NCBI RefSeq assembly: GCF_026250525.1
Contig: NZ_CP111043.1
Span: 1,289,421-1,353,420, forward strand
DNA: 64,000 bases
Source of the DNA: Chondrinema litorale
GTDB taxonomy: Bacteria; Bacteroidota; Bacteroidia; Cytophagales; Flammeovirgaceae
Direction: 5' to 3'
This document shows positions 49,948-59,970 of this stretch, in pieces. The stretch's first letter is position 1. Every line of letters starts with the position of its first letter. A program made the position numbers and the translations under genes. The notes beneath the pieces are model-generated. The model saw nothing but the letters and a program-made list of their open reading frames with translations, ran no database searches and was not told the DNA's origin.

Positions 49948-50505
49948 TTGATTAACCTAAATTTCATTGACAAAATGCAAAAAACTACCATTAAAACATT
50001 AGGAATTAAACTGTGCTTTATTGCAGCTTCTACATGGCTATTATTTTCATGCTCTGAAGAAGACGAAGTAACTCCTGTAACTAATCTTTCTTTGGAGGCT
50101 ACAGCTTCAGCGAGTTCTACATACTATGGTTATTCGGCAGATAATATAAACGATGGCGATACTAATACAGAAGTAGGTCCGAAAAGCAGTTGGACCAATT
50201 CTAACAGTAGTACTGATAGTGGAAAACTACCTCAATGGGTGATGTTGGATTTTGGAACAGAGAAATCATTTTCAAGGATAGAATTATATACTTCAGAAGA
50301 TTACTTAATTCAAGATTACCAGTTACAGTATTTTGATGGAGTGGCTTGGCAAACAATTGAGGATGTAACCGACAATACTTTTCTTATTCGATCTCACACT
50401 TTTGACAAAATAATAAGCTCAAAAGTAAGACTATACGGCACCAAAGGACCAGACAACCAGAGTGTTTATGTAAGAGTAAATGAGCTGGAAGTTTGGACTG
50501 AGTAG
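49948..50505 (+). CDS. F5/8 type C (discoidin/galactose-binding-like) domain lipoprotein
   Basis: Lipobox (LFSCSEE). Single discoidin-like domain. 185 aa. Confidence 0.5.
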   Translation: MINLNFIDKMQKTTIKTLGIKLCFIAASTWLLFSCSEEDEVTPVTNLSLEATASASSTYYGYSADNINDGDTNTEVGPKSSWTNSNSSTDSGKLPQWVMLDFGTEKSFSRIELYTSEDYLIQDYQLQYFDGVAWQTIEDVTDNTFLIRSHTFDKIISSKVRLYGTKGPDNQSVYVRVNELEVWTE

Positions 50506-50537
50506 GTAATTCAACCATAATTGTAATTGATGTGCTA

Positions 50538-50578
50538 ACCGAAGCGGGCTACCTGCTTCGGTTTTTGATTTTTTTTAC
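50538..50578. terminator. bidirectional rho-independent terminator between convergent genes
   Basis: ACCGAAGC-GGGCTACCT-GCTTCGGT hairpin followed by TTTTTGATTTTTTTT. Confidence 0.7.
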
Positions 50579-51462
50579 TCCATCCGTTCTCTTTTCTCCA
50601 TATTGTATTTATCACCTTCTTTAAGGAAGTAAAAAAGCTGATTTCTTTCGGGCAGATTTTTTAGGGCGAATCCTTCGCGAGACCAAAAAGTAGTATCGTA
50701 AATCAATACATAGCTTTTACCTATCACCTCAAACTCATTTCCCTGCACCACAACCGCTGTGCTCTCGTCAATACCGATGCCTAATAGCTCAGGCTTGTTC
50801 TTTAAAATATCGAACATATCAAACTGCCTGTTGCGCACCAACACGTGCTGATCTATGGCAATGTTTTTCACAAAACCAAAACCCTCTTCATGGTCACCCA
50901 TCATAATCTGATTGTTTTTTGTGTCGCCTCTCGCCAAATAAGAACCTTGTATGGTCGCTCCTGCCGAAGAGCCACCAATTACGCCTCCTTTATCCAGAAT
51001 TTGCCAAAACATGCCCTCTGTTTTAGTGTCTTTGTAAGCATCTACCAGTCGCCATTGCCTACCTCCACCAAACCAAACTGCTTTGGCATTTTTTAATGGT
51101 TCAATAAAAGCATCAGTATCGGCTGTTTCTCTATCATACGTATGTAGTAAAGTTACATTTGTGGCACCAGCTTCTTTTAATGCAGGTATGGCACTATAAG
51201 TCTCATCATAACTTTCTCCACCTCCTGCTGTTGGAATCACAACAATAGGGGCATCTTTTCCTCCAGCTAATTCTATAAAACGTTTCCAGATTTCGTTGCC
51301 AACTTTACCACCTCCTACAATTACCAAAGAGCCCTTTTGGGGTCCAGTAGTTACAAGTTCTTCTGGTTCACTTTGAGAAAAAGCTATAGTAAAAGTGAAT
51401 AATAAATTTAATAAAAGGAAAGCTGATTTTTTCATGAAATACTTTGTTACGTTTAGGCCCAA
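50575..51462 (-). CDS. peptidase S51 family (cyanophycinase/dipeptidase E-like), secreted
   Basis: Signal peptide. GGSAGA serine nucleophile motif. Class I glutamine-amidotransferase-like fold family. Confidence 0.55.
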   Translation of the reverse strand: MGLNVTKYFMKKSAFLLLNLLFTFTIAFSQSEPEELVTTGPQKGSLVIVGGGKVGNEIWKRFIELAGGKDAPIVVIPTAGGGESYDETYSAIPALKEAGATNVTLLHTYDRETADTDAFIEPLKNAKAVWFGGGRQWRLVDAYKDTKTEGMFWQILDKGGVIGGSSAGATIQGSYLARGDTKNNQIMMGDHEEGFGFVKNIAIDQHVLVRNRQFDMFDILKNKPELLGIGIDESTAVVVQGNEFEVIGKSYVLIYDTTFWSREGFALKNLPERNQLFYFLKEGDKYNMEKRERME

Positions 51463-51760
51463 GACTTAATATTTACAAAATCCACATTGTGTCTTTTTAA
51501 TATTTTCGCTTTTGGTAATACATTTATGTAAAAACTAAAATTAGTAAATTGAAACTGATTTAATTAAGAGGTGAGACGATTAAGCAAAAAAATAAATTCC
51601 CAAAAAAAGCTAGACTTCTTCTATATCAATCTCGTCTAATAAAATGTAATGGACTTAAAACTCTAATAAAGTGCAGTAAATAAAAATTGAGCTTATAAAT
51701 TAGCCGGTAAATACTCGAAAGGGCTTAAGCCTTAACAACAAGTTTAACTAACAAAGAATC

Positions 51761-52246
51761 ATGCGTTTCAACTTCATTTTGCTATTCATTCTACTAACTT
51801 TCAATTTAAAAGCGCAATCTGGCTTTGACTCCAACAACCTTGAGAGTTATTTAAGGCTAGAAAACTACCTTACAAAATCTGATGATATCGATAACACGAT
51901 TAATTATACCTGTGCAGTTTTTATTTCTCCTTCTGAAATTAAAATCAATGAAATAAAGAATGAATGTACACAGGAAGACGATTTTTTTGTAATAGCAGAT
52001 GATAATATCTATTATGCATATAATGCCTCGGAGTTAGTCAATTCTTTAAAAATAAAAACTGTAGATCTAACTTCTGGAACGGTAAAGTTCACCAACCCAA
52101 AAAACAAAGAAAGCTGGATTCTTAATACAGAAAAAGCCGGTGCACCTGGCTGGAACATTATCCTCTATAAGCCAGGTAGAAAACCTGCTTTTAAATCTTC
52201 TATTGACCTAAGCGAAGCAGAAATTAAAACTTATTTTGGTTTGTAA
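51761..52246 (+). CDS. secreted hypothetical protein
   Basis: Signal peptide. 161 aa. Confidence 0.35.
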   Translation: MRFNFILLFILLTFNLKAQSGFDSNNLESYLRLENYLTKSDDIDNTINYTCAVFISPSEIKINEIKNECTQEDDFFVIADDNIYYAYNASELVNSLKIKTVDLTSGTVKFTNPKNKESWILNTEKAGAPGWNIILYKPGRKPAFKSSIDLSEAEIKTYFGL

Positions 52247-52265
52247 GTAAGATAAATCACATACT

Positions 52266-52994
52266 TTGGATCAAACGAACCTCGCCACATACCTCAGTAT
52301 AGCATTACCCATTTTGGTTATGCTACTCGTTTCCATTATTCAAAAACCAATAAGGTTTAAACTAGTTATCCCCTTTGTAATAATAGTAGTTGCTTGGTTT
52401 TTCGGAATAAGAGTATTAAATAAATTTATTGAGTTTTTAATTCTGTATTCCTCAATAACAATTGTTTTAGTCTATTTGATTAAGCGACCTGTAGATAGCC
52501 ATAAAATAGCTAAACTGTCTACAGTTTTAGTAATGTGGGCGATAGTAATTATAGTATTTTTAGGGATATTTAGTATCAAACCCATCCGGCTTATTATAGT
52601 TGTACTAGCCTACCCCGGATTTATAGGAGCTCTTATTTTTTTCTATAAAAGAATTCCAAAATTAAAAAATGCCATCATTGCGATAGTTATTCTTGCTCAT
52701 ACATCCCTCTCAATCTTTATAGGAATTGGCAGTTGGAGCGGATACTTTTCTGAACAAACAATAAAGCCGTTAAGCAAAAATAACTTTATCATTTTTAAGA
52801 CAAATGGCGCATTTCTCCACTCTTATCTAAGCTGTACATTGGCTAAGAATTTTTTCGGTAAGTATATCTATTTTGAAGTTGATACAATTGCATTTAATAG
52901 TGGCAAAATTGAAGATGCGATAATTAAAGAAGATGATGAAAACCAACAGATACGAGTAACAGTAGATGAAAAAACAGAAGTGCTTCAATGGTAG
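52266..52994 (+). CDS. integral membrane hypothetical protein
   Basis: Six predicted TM helices. Confidence 0.4.
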   Translation: MDQTNLATYLSIALPILVMLLVSIIQKPIRFKLVIPFVIIVVAWFFGIRVLNKFIEFLILYSSITIVLVYLIKRPVDSHKIAKLSTVLVMWAIVIIVFLGIFSIKPIRLIIVVLAYPGFIGALIFFYKRIPKLKNAIIAIVILAHTSLSIFIGIGSWSGYFSEQTIKPLSKNNFIIFKTNGAFLHSYLSCTLAKNFFGKYIYFEVDTIAFNSGKIEDAIIKEDDENQQIRVTVDEKTEVLQW

Positions 52995-53014
52995 ATTTAT
53001 TGAGTATAGATAAA

Positions 53015-53581
53015 TCACTTCCTCTTTTTTCTTTTCTTTTGAGCGCTTAATTGTTTCTTTAATTTTGGAGACTTTATCCAACTTTCGCCAAATCGATGAT
53101 TTAGCCCAAATTCAATATCATTTATCATTTGTGAGTCAGATTGTTTCTCAATTTCTTCATTAAGGTAAGCTCTAACTTCTATCACTAATTCTTCATCCCA
53201 ATTTACCATACCACTGGCTTTTGCGCTATCAAAACTACACCTAGAATAATGAAGATACTCTAACACATATGTTGTTTTACTCTTCTCGATTAATGCTTGA
53301 CCGATTTCACCTAAATATCTATAACACCCAAAAGCTTTAACAGAAGTTTCGCAATGAGCAACAAATAAGTCCCTTAGTAATTCAACTGAAACTTCATATT
53401 TTAGGTGTCTTATTTTTTTACTGACATCGGTTCTAAATACATCATTAAGATCATAATATCCTCCCTGCTCATCCTCAAAACAGTTAAAGCGAATTTGATC
53501 TAAATCTACTTTAGAAATATAGTTTAATATAAAATTTTCAAGCTCTTGAGACATCGATGAACTGTGGGTTAATTTTAACAT
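53015..53581 (-). CDS. hypothetical protein with basic C-terminal tail
   Basis: 188-aa ORF ending in KKRKKRK. Confidence 0.35.
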   Translation of the reverse strand: MLKLTHSSSMSQELENFILNYISKVDLDQIRFNCFEDEQGGYYDLNDVFRTDVSKKIRHLKYEVSVELLRDLFVAHCETSVKAFGCYRYLGEIGQALIEKSKTTYVLEYLHYSRCSFDSAKASGMVNWDEELVIEVRAYLNEEIEKQSDSQMINDIEFGLNHRFGESWIKSPKLKKQLSAQKKRKKRK

Positions 53582-53901
53582 AAAAAGGTTAAAAACCTTT
53601 AAATTTTAGTAAAATCGAAGTATTACAACCTATATTTAGGCATAAAAAAAGTATTAGCAATCTGATTTTCAAATCTATATTTTGAATATCTATTTCAACC
53701 TTCAGCATGGAAAATAAAAATTACTTCTTGATAAAATCGAGCTTGTACTCCCTTTCATTTATTTTTTATTACTCTCAATCTCACTTCCAACTTCTAACAT
53801 AAAACACAAAATTAAAGTGCTTCATTATCTACAAATGCAAGCTATAATAGTGCTACCTACTATAACTAATAGTAATTAAAAGTAATACTTTATATAACCT
53901 A

Positions 53902-54600
53902 GTGAATAATATTTTCAATCTTATAAATTTTCATAAAAACATGAAATACCTTTATAGCACATTATTATTAATTATCATTTCTTTCTCTGCCAATGCACAA
54001 CTCAGCAAAGGGCTAAAACAAATTGGAGGATCGATTAATGCATCTCATTCAAAAACAAACTCAGAAAACCCTGGATATATATCATCCGATATTTATGATG
54101 ATAGCAGGACTAGCTTTAGTTTTTCACCTTCTTTTGGGTTCTTCATAAAAGATAATATTAGTTTAAGTGCAGGATTGGGCTATAATTATTTAAAAAATAT
54201 ATCAGAATACCCTGATGATGAAGGAACAACTAAGGAAACTTTCAAAAACAAAAGTTTTACGTTCACAATCAATAGCCGCTTTCACAAATCAGTTACAGAC
54301 AACTTTTATCTTTTTTTGCAACCATCTGCAAGCGTAAGTATCGGTAACAGACAATACGAACAACATGAAGATGAAGGCACAAAATACTACACATTTTCAT
54401 TAGGAATTAGTCCAGGTTTGCTATTTATGATTAATGAAAAATTTGGCATTGAAAGCACTTTTGGTTTTTTAGGTTATACCAAATCTAAAAATAAGCCTTA
54501 TGATGATTCTCAAACCCTCCCAAATTCAGAAAATAATAATCTAAATTTTAACTTATCTCCAAGTACATTACAGTTTGGCTTTCGATATTATTTCGAGTAA
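53902..54600 (+). CDS. outer-membrane beta-barrel (porin-family) protein, paralog 1
   Basis: Signal peptide ending ANAQL, then KGLKQIGGS. C-terminal YYFE. Clearly paralogous to the next gene. Confidence 0.5.
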   Translation: MNNIFNLINFHKNMKYLYSTLLLIIISFSANAQLSKGLKQIGGSINASHSKTNSENPGYISSDIYDDSRTSFSFSPSFGFFIKDNISLSAGLGYNYLKNISEYPDDEGTTKETFKNKSFTFTINSRFHKSVTDNFYLFLQPSASVSIGNRQYEQHEDEGTKYYTFSLGISPGLLFMINEKFGIESTFGFLGYTKSKNKPYDDSQTLPNSENNNLNFNLSPSTLQFGFRYYFE

Positions 54601-54661
54601 GACCTTAATTATCTAAGCATAATTAATTTAAAACAGCTCCTACCATAAATAATCGAATACC

Positions 54662-55309
54662 ATGAAATACATATATAGTACATTTTTACTAATCATCATC
54701 TCCATATCAGCACATGCACAATTAGATAAGGGATTGAAACAAATTGGTAGTTCATTCTCATTCAATTCAAGAGATTTTACCAATGAAAATGTGAACACCG
54801 CTTACGACGACAATGATTTTACATTAAATATATCTCCTAGATTCGGGTATTTCATAAATGATAATGTGAGTATAGGTTTTGGATTAGGATATACCAGTAT
54901 TAATAACAAAACTGAGGTTCTAAGAAACAACTCCTCTATACCCATAAATTACAAGACAACAACAAACACTTTTGATTTTTCAATTTTTAGTAGATTTCAT
55001 AAACCTATTACAGATAAGTTTTATGTTTTTTTACAACCATTTGCCTCAGCAAGTTTCGGTAAAACGCATAGTGATGAATATACTGATAATCAACAGGTAA
55101 GAAGCTTAGACATTGGTATGTCGCCAGGCCTATTATATATGATCAATAAAAACTTTGGACTTGAAAGCACTTTTGGATTTATTGGTTATAACCACTATAG
55201 TACAAAAGCTGTAGACAATCCTAGAACAGCTACAGAAACCTCACGGAATAACATTGGCTTAGATTTATCTACCTACACTTTAGAGTTAGGGTTGTATTAT
55301 TATTTTTAA
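54662..55309 (+). CDS. outer-membrane beta-barrel (porin-family) protein, paralog 2
   Basis: MKYIYSTFLLIIISISAHAQLDKGLKQIGSS. Conserved blocks shared with paralog 1 (RFHK.ITD.FY.FLQP, ESTFGF.GY). Confidence 0.5.
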   Translation: MKYIYSTFLLIIISISAHAQLDKGLKQIGSSFSFNSRDFTNENVNTAYDDNDFTLNISPRFGYFINDNVSIGFGLGYTSINNKTEVLRNNSSIPINYKTTTNTFDFSIFSRFHKPITDKFYVFLQPFASASFGKTHSDEYTDNQQVRSLDIGMSPGLLYMINKNFGLESTFGFIGYNHYSTKAVDNPRTATETSRNNIGLDLSTYTLELGLYYYF

Positions 55310-55403
55310 GAAATGATTTTAGCTAAAAAGCTGTTGAATCATCTAGCTTCAACAGCTTTTTTATTGCAAAATTCGTAATACACAAAATAATATGTGGCCC
55401 CGA

Positions 55404-55450
55404 CAGGATTCAAACCTATGAGGTCACATGTTTGATTACCAGAACGTTAC
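55404..55450 (-). other. 3' fragment of a tRNA gene (T-arm plus acceptor 3' strand), probable att site at the boundary of an integrated island
   Basis: Minus-strand reading ...CATAGGTTTGAATCCTGTCGGGGCCA gives a T-stem/loop (GGTTTGAATCC) plus a 7-nt acceptor strand and discriminator. No matching 5' acceptor strand or D-arm can be found upstream, so it is not a complete tRNA. Confidence 0.45.
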
Positions 55451-55511
55451 ATTACTTTGTAACATTGGTGTACACAAAGTAGAAACAATTTTTTTCATGC
55501 TTTTACCCTGG

Positions 55512-55919
55512 TTATGCATACACCCTAATCTTTCCCAACTGAATACTTGCCATACTCTTAACCTCTTGAAAACCTGCTATTATAGCTGTTACCTGCTTTT
55601 CAAGAACAGTAATCTTTTTCTGGAGTATTTTATTTTCTTTTTCACTTGTCTCTATATTGGGTTTTGTAACTTTTTTACTTGAAGAAATCGACACTTCATC
55701 TAAAAATGGATCACCTTGGTCTGCTATAAACCAATTTAGATTGATGTTAGGATGTAGCTCTTTCATTTTAATTACAAAATCCATTGGTACTTCATGTTTT
55801 CCATCCCAATATCTTTTGAGCATATTAGTAGTTTTTTGAAAATGGTTAACTAGCTGATATTTATCAACCTCCTTCCATTCACCAAAAATTAAACTAAGTT
55901 TATCTGATTGGTTTTTCAT
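55512..55919 (-). CDS. hypothetical protein (first gene inside the putative island)
   Basis: 135-aa ORF. Confidence 0.35.
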   Translation of the reverse strand: MKNQSDKLSLIFGEWKEVDKYQLVNHFQKTTNMLKRYWDGKHEVPMDFVIKMKELHPNINLNWFIADQGDPFLDEVSISSSKKVTKPNIETSEKENKILQKKITVLEKQVTAIIAGFQEVKSMASIQLGKIRVYA

Positions 55920-56665
55920 GAAAATTTACTTTTATTTAGGAAATAAATTTGGAAAATATATTTTGCATAAATACTTTTGAAAAACAAATTTACGAAATGA
56001 TTATACAAAATTCATTTACAAAATAACGTAAATTATTTTTAAATGATTACTTTTTATGTAAAAAAGTACCAACCAAAACTCAATTATCTATGTTTAAAAC
56101 GATTTATAAAGCTTTAAATGAGAATAGAGTTGATGATGCAAAAAGAATATGTATTCAACAACTTCATTTACAGAATAAAAGAGTTAAAAAGTCGAACGAA
56201 AAAAGATTATTGAAGGTAAATAAATAAAAAAAGCCAAGTGCTACCAACACCTGGCTTCAAGTTCAACTGTGAAATCAAACTTTTTTATAGACATGACAAA
56301 TAACGTAAAAAAAGATGAAAATTCTATCTGGCAACACAGAAGAAATTTCAACAAGCAGTGTGAAATCGAGAATCGGCAGAAGAATCGAGTAAAAAAGCGA
56401 GATACAGAAAAGCCTTTGATTCTTAAATATTTATAATTTTTCACACTCAAGAAATTCAAATAATGTTAACAACAGCTTATATAATATTAGGGATAGTTAT
56501 CCCCTGCTTGCTCATTTTACAGTATGTTATCTCCAGAAAGATTAAAAGGGAGAATGATGAACTTTTTGATAATGGGTGAAGCTTTGACTTGCCAAAGGTT
56601 AAGCCTTCACTCAATTAAGGGCTAAAAACTTGATTAAGTTTTCTAGTCTTTCCTTATAAAAGATA

Positions 56666-56694
56666 CCATGAAAGCTTAATAAGCTTTCATGGTG
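56666..56694. promoter_or_regulatory. perfect 13-bp inverted repeat ACCATGAAAGCTT-aat-AAGCTTTCATGGT
   Basis: Read directly, about 75 nt upstream of the 56770 gene. Confidence 0.5.
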
Positions 56695-56769
56695 TTCACC
56701 AAAAGTCAAGGGCAGCCAATCCCAACCACAGTCCCGGCTACCCTAATGAAATAGAAACTGCCTAAAATT

Positions 56770-58074
56770 ATGGAAAATATTAAGGATATTAATGTTTTGA
56801 AAAACTTTTTTTTGAAAATATTTACCCGAAATTACGTAGAAAAAAAGGACTATTATAGTAGGTTCTTTGGTGTATTTGCCGTTTTTACTCTTATCAGTAT
56901 TGCAGCGCAATGTTATTCTGGTTATTCAGAATTAAGCTTTTTTGAAGCTAATTTGGCATTTTTAAAGCTCCCTCATCCTTTTTACTTTGCTCTACTAACT
57001 ACAGTTCTATTTGAAATATTCAAGTCCATAGTAACCTTAAAGTTTTTTCACGAATTTTTGGGATATCCTAAATCATTTAATCTCTTTTTTTTATTATTAT
57101 CTATTACATGTATAGGTGGCTCTATCTGGTTTAGTATGCATGGTATTGAAAGAAAAACAGTAAAGAATTTCTCTCCTCCCCCAATAGATGAAAAAACGAA
57201 CAATACAGATCAAATATTCAAAAACAATTTAGCTCAAATTGATAATACCATTAAAGATATTCAATCCCGCTACACCTATCAAGGAACAGTTTATATACCA
57301 AAGTCTGGCAATAAATGGCATTCAACTGATCAAGTATCTATTGATCGAGAAAAACTAAATAAACTGGAAACTCAAAAGTCAGAACTCATTAGTGAACATA
57401 CCAAACAAAGAGCTACTCTTATAAAAGAGTTTGAATCCAGTTTAAACTCTTATAATAATAAGCTTTTAGGAGCTTTACAAGAAAACAGATATAATGTGAT
57501 ATTCTCGGAAAGTATCTACATCATATGTATGATATTTAATTGTATTTTTTCCTTTAAATCAGCATTGGAATATAGTAGTCAATCAAGTAACAACAATCAA
57601 GCACCACCTCCCAATCTTAAAGAAAAAACAAAGCAAAAAGGAGTTAATCTCAATCAAAACACCCTTGAAAAACATCAAATGAATGGCAGTCCATTCAATG
57701 ATAGCAATCTAAAGATTTTTAGGAATGAGGTTGAAAGCCAAAACAATGAAAATATGCCTTTAGGTAATGTTACTGAGACAGTAACACAGTTCGAGAAATA
57801 TACAGAATTAGGACTTACTAAAGCCCCAGAAGGATACGAACCACGAAAATGTAAATGTTGTGGTCAACCTTTTTTTGCCAATGTAGTTAATGAATCCTCT
57901 AATAAAAAAATATACTGTTCAAAAGAATGTGCAGACAAGAAAAGAAAGGAACATACCTATAAAAAAAGAGAGGAAAGAAAATTGGATAAATTAAAGCTTG
58001 TGGAAAGCAGTTTAGACTCTGCTCAGCAATGTATTTTATGGAAAAAAACTGGCACTGACAATGAAGAAAATTAA
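56770..58074 (+). CDS. membrane protein with four TM helices, coiled coil and C-terminal CxxC...CxxxC zinc-ribbon
   Basis: Hydrophobic segments. C-terminal PRKCKCCGQPF...CSKECADKKRKEH. Confidence 0.4.
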   Translation: MENIKDINVLKNFFLKIFTRNYVEKKDYYSRFFGVFAVFTLISIAAQCYSGYSELSFFEANLAFLKLPHPFYFALLTTVLFEIFKSIVTLKFFHEFLGYPKSFNLFFLLLSITCIGGSIWFSMHGIERKTVKNFSPPPIDEKTNNTDQIFKNNLAQIDNTIKDIQSRYTYQGTVYIPKSGNKWHSTDQVSIDREKLNKLETQKSELISEHTKQRATLIKEFESSLNSYNNKLLGALQENRYNVIFSESIYIICMIFNCIFSFKSALEYSSQSSNNNQAPPPNLKEKTKQKGVNLNQNTLEKHQMNGSPFNDSNLKIFRNEVESQNNENMPLGNVTETVTQFEKYTELGLTKAPEGYEPRKCKCCGQPFFANVVNESSNKKIYCSKECADKKRKEHTYKKREERKLDKLKLVESSLDSAQQCILWKKTGTDNEEN

Positions 58075-58102
58075 ACCAAATAGCAACTAGACAATTACCA
58101 TT

Positions 58103-58537
58103 ATGGAAAAAGTAATACATAAAGTCATTGAGTCTGAAAAACCGATAAGGCTCTTACATAAGCATATTAAAGCCTACAATAAAGATAAGTCACTTGGTCT
58201 TCAAATTAGAGAACAACACACAAAAACTGCTGAGACTATTTTTAAAATTGCCATCAAGAAAAATGTGAACTTTTCTAACCCATTACACACCAGTTTAGTG
58301 GAACTGGGGCAGGAAAGATATGTATGTGGGTATTTTAAAGACAATGGTGCATCTATCGCTTCACAATTAAATATCCATGTAAAAAGCTTAGATAGTCATA
58401 TAGAACGGCTTGCAATAGCAGGTATATTAACCGCTTATAAAGTAACTCTAAACGGTGGAAATATCAGAAGAAAAGGGAATCATAAAGAAACCCTTTTTGC
58501 CATCAACAGTCAATTTTTTAACCTAAGCAATCAATAG
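58103..58537 (+). CDS. hypothetical protein
   Basis: 144-aa ORF. Confidence 0.35.
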   Translation: MEKVIHKVIESEKPIRLLHKHIKAYNKDKSLGLQIREQHTKTAETIFKIAIKKNVNFSNPLHTSLVELGQERYVCGYFKDNGASIASQLNIHVKSLDSHIERLAIAGILTAYKVTLNGGNIRRKGNHKETLFAINSQFFNLSNQ

Positions 58538-58738
58538 AATGATATCTGAATTTCATAATCTGCCACCACCGTAAATTAATCTTTCATATTCGAGAAAGTG
58601 AAAAATTGTGCGCACAATTTAGAGACTTTAAATAATGTCTATAACAACGTAAAAACAGGCAAGTGAAATTTCTTTGCCTTTACTTTCCGAAGTACTTGGA
58701 ATACTTTTCCACCTTCTGGAAGTAAGGCCTTACTGTGT

Positions 58739-58806
58739 CAGAAAGACTTACCTAAAAACTTTCTGAAATTACTTACAGAAAATACTTTCAGAAAGCTTTC
58801 AGAAAG
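58739..58806. repeat. array of four CTTTC(A/T)GAAAG palindromic iterons (two perfect tandem copies at 58785..58806)
   Basis: Read directly: TCAGAAAGA, CTTTCTGAAA, CTTTCAGAAAG and CTTTCAGAAAG within 70 nt. Confidence 0.6.
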
Positions 58807-58807
58807 T

Positions 58808-59089
58808 GTGAGAAGTAGGAAGAGTTTTGAGCATAAAAGAAAAATTTCAAAAATGATGAATGGTTCAAATTTGATGAATAGTGCAGAAAAAGAGCGAAAG
58901 TACAGGTGCATTGTAAAAGTATCAGGTGAAAAGTTTGTAAAATATAATACCAGTAACCTGCTTGATTTTACTGATTTTTTAGATAAAAAGTATCCAAATT
59001 GGCGCTGGTTCAATGTCTACAACAAAAAAAACAGAAAGCAAATAGGCAGTTTTACAAAAAAGCGAAGACCTAATCAAAAAAATATTTAA
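58808..59089 (+). CDS. small basic protein, hypothetical
   Basis: 93-aa Lys/Arg-rich ORF starting immediately after the iteron array. Confidence 0.25.
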   Translation: MRSRKSFEHKRKISKMMNGSNLMNSAEKERKYRCIVKVSGEKFVKYNTSNLLDFTDFLDKKYPNWRWFNVYNKKNRKQIGSFTKKRRPNQKNI

Positions 59090-59214
59090 GACGCAGGAAA
59101 AGAGTATCATAACTCTTTATTGCTTGGCAACTGCAACTAAAAATAAGTTGCAACAATTCAAAAGGGGGGACATTTATTAGTCCTCCCATCATTTAAACCA
59201 ATTCAGTAATTACC

Positions 59215-59805
59215 ATGCAATTAAAATACACAAATAGAGAAGTATCAGAAATGAGTATTTCTGATTTAATGAAAGTTATTAATAACCCATCAGTGGTTGA
59301 AATCTCTAGAAAGAATGCTAGAGATAGTTTGGATGCATTGATCAAAGAGCACTATATCAAACAAAATGCTTTTTCACCAATAAATACTCTTTCGAAGTGT
59401 CAAAAGAACTCTTTGATAAAACTGTGGGTAGTATTTAAAAATTCAAAAAAAACTGAGGGTTGGGTAGAAAGGTATTACAGCATAGATTATCCTCATGAAA
59501 GAGAGCTATTTAAAGACCAAGAACTCATTGAAACCCGACTAAAAAATGAAAACATTCATTTTGTAAAAAACTTCTATGGTTATAATAAACCTCTTACTGG
59601 CTATAAAAAGTTATATGATTTAGCAATGAATTACTACAGACAAGGCAGAGTTTTGCACATGAAATTCTACTTAAATACAGTGTATGAACAACAGGAAAAT
59701 GGAGAGTTCATGCCTAAAGAATTATATGGTTGGTCGATTGACAATTCATATAAACAGTATAATCAAAATAATGACTCAACTGGAAAAATTATTACAATGA
59801 TTTAA
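59215..59805 (+). CDS. hypothetical protein
   Basis: 196-aa ORF. Confidence 0.35.
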   Translation: MQLKYTNREVSEMSISDLMKVINNPSVVEISRKNARDSLDALIKEHYIKQNAFSPINTLSKCQKNSLIKLWVVFKNSKKTEGWVERYYSIDYPHERELFKDQELIETRLKNENIHFVKNFYGYNKPLTGYKKLYDLAMNYYRQGRVLHMKFYLNTVYEQQENGEFMPKELYGWSIDNSYKQYNQNNDSTGKIITMI

Positions 59806-59970
59806 TTATGATTTTATAAAACTTATTCTTTTCACTCAGAATAAACACCTTAAATTAGGCATCTATATATCATTTACTTGATATTATAATTGAATGATCT
59901 TAATATATTCGAATTGCAAATTATGTATTTTTAATTTAATGATTTTATCTACAATTATTTGTATAATTGA

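Noticed and set aside
55404-55480. A possible complete tRNA gene on the minus strand
   Set aside because: Only the T-arm and 3' acceptor strand can be folded. The expected complementary 5' acceptor strand (GGCCCCG-like) and D-arm are absent upstream. I interpret it as a fragment, possibly an att site.
56225-56459. A 72-aa minus-strand ORF ending at a hairpin plus T-run (GAAGCCAGGTG...CACTTGGCTTTTTTTA on the minus strand)
   Set aside because: The hairpin looks like a genuine minus-strand terminator. The ORF upstream of it is Phe/Cys/Leu-rich and unconvincing, so a non-coding RNA ending here is at least as likely. It is noted but not annotated as a CDS.
58739-58806. A possible CRISPR array
   Set aside because: The repeats are only 11 bp, palindromic and without unique spacers of CRISPR length. 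No cas genes are present in the window.
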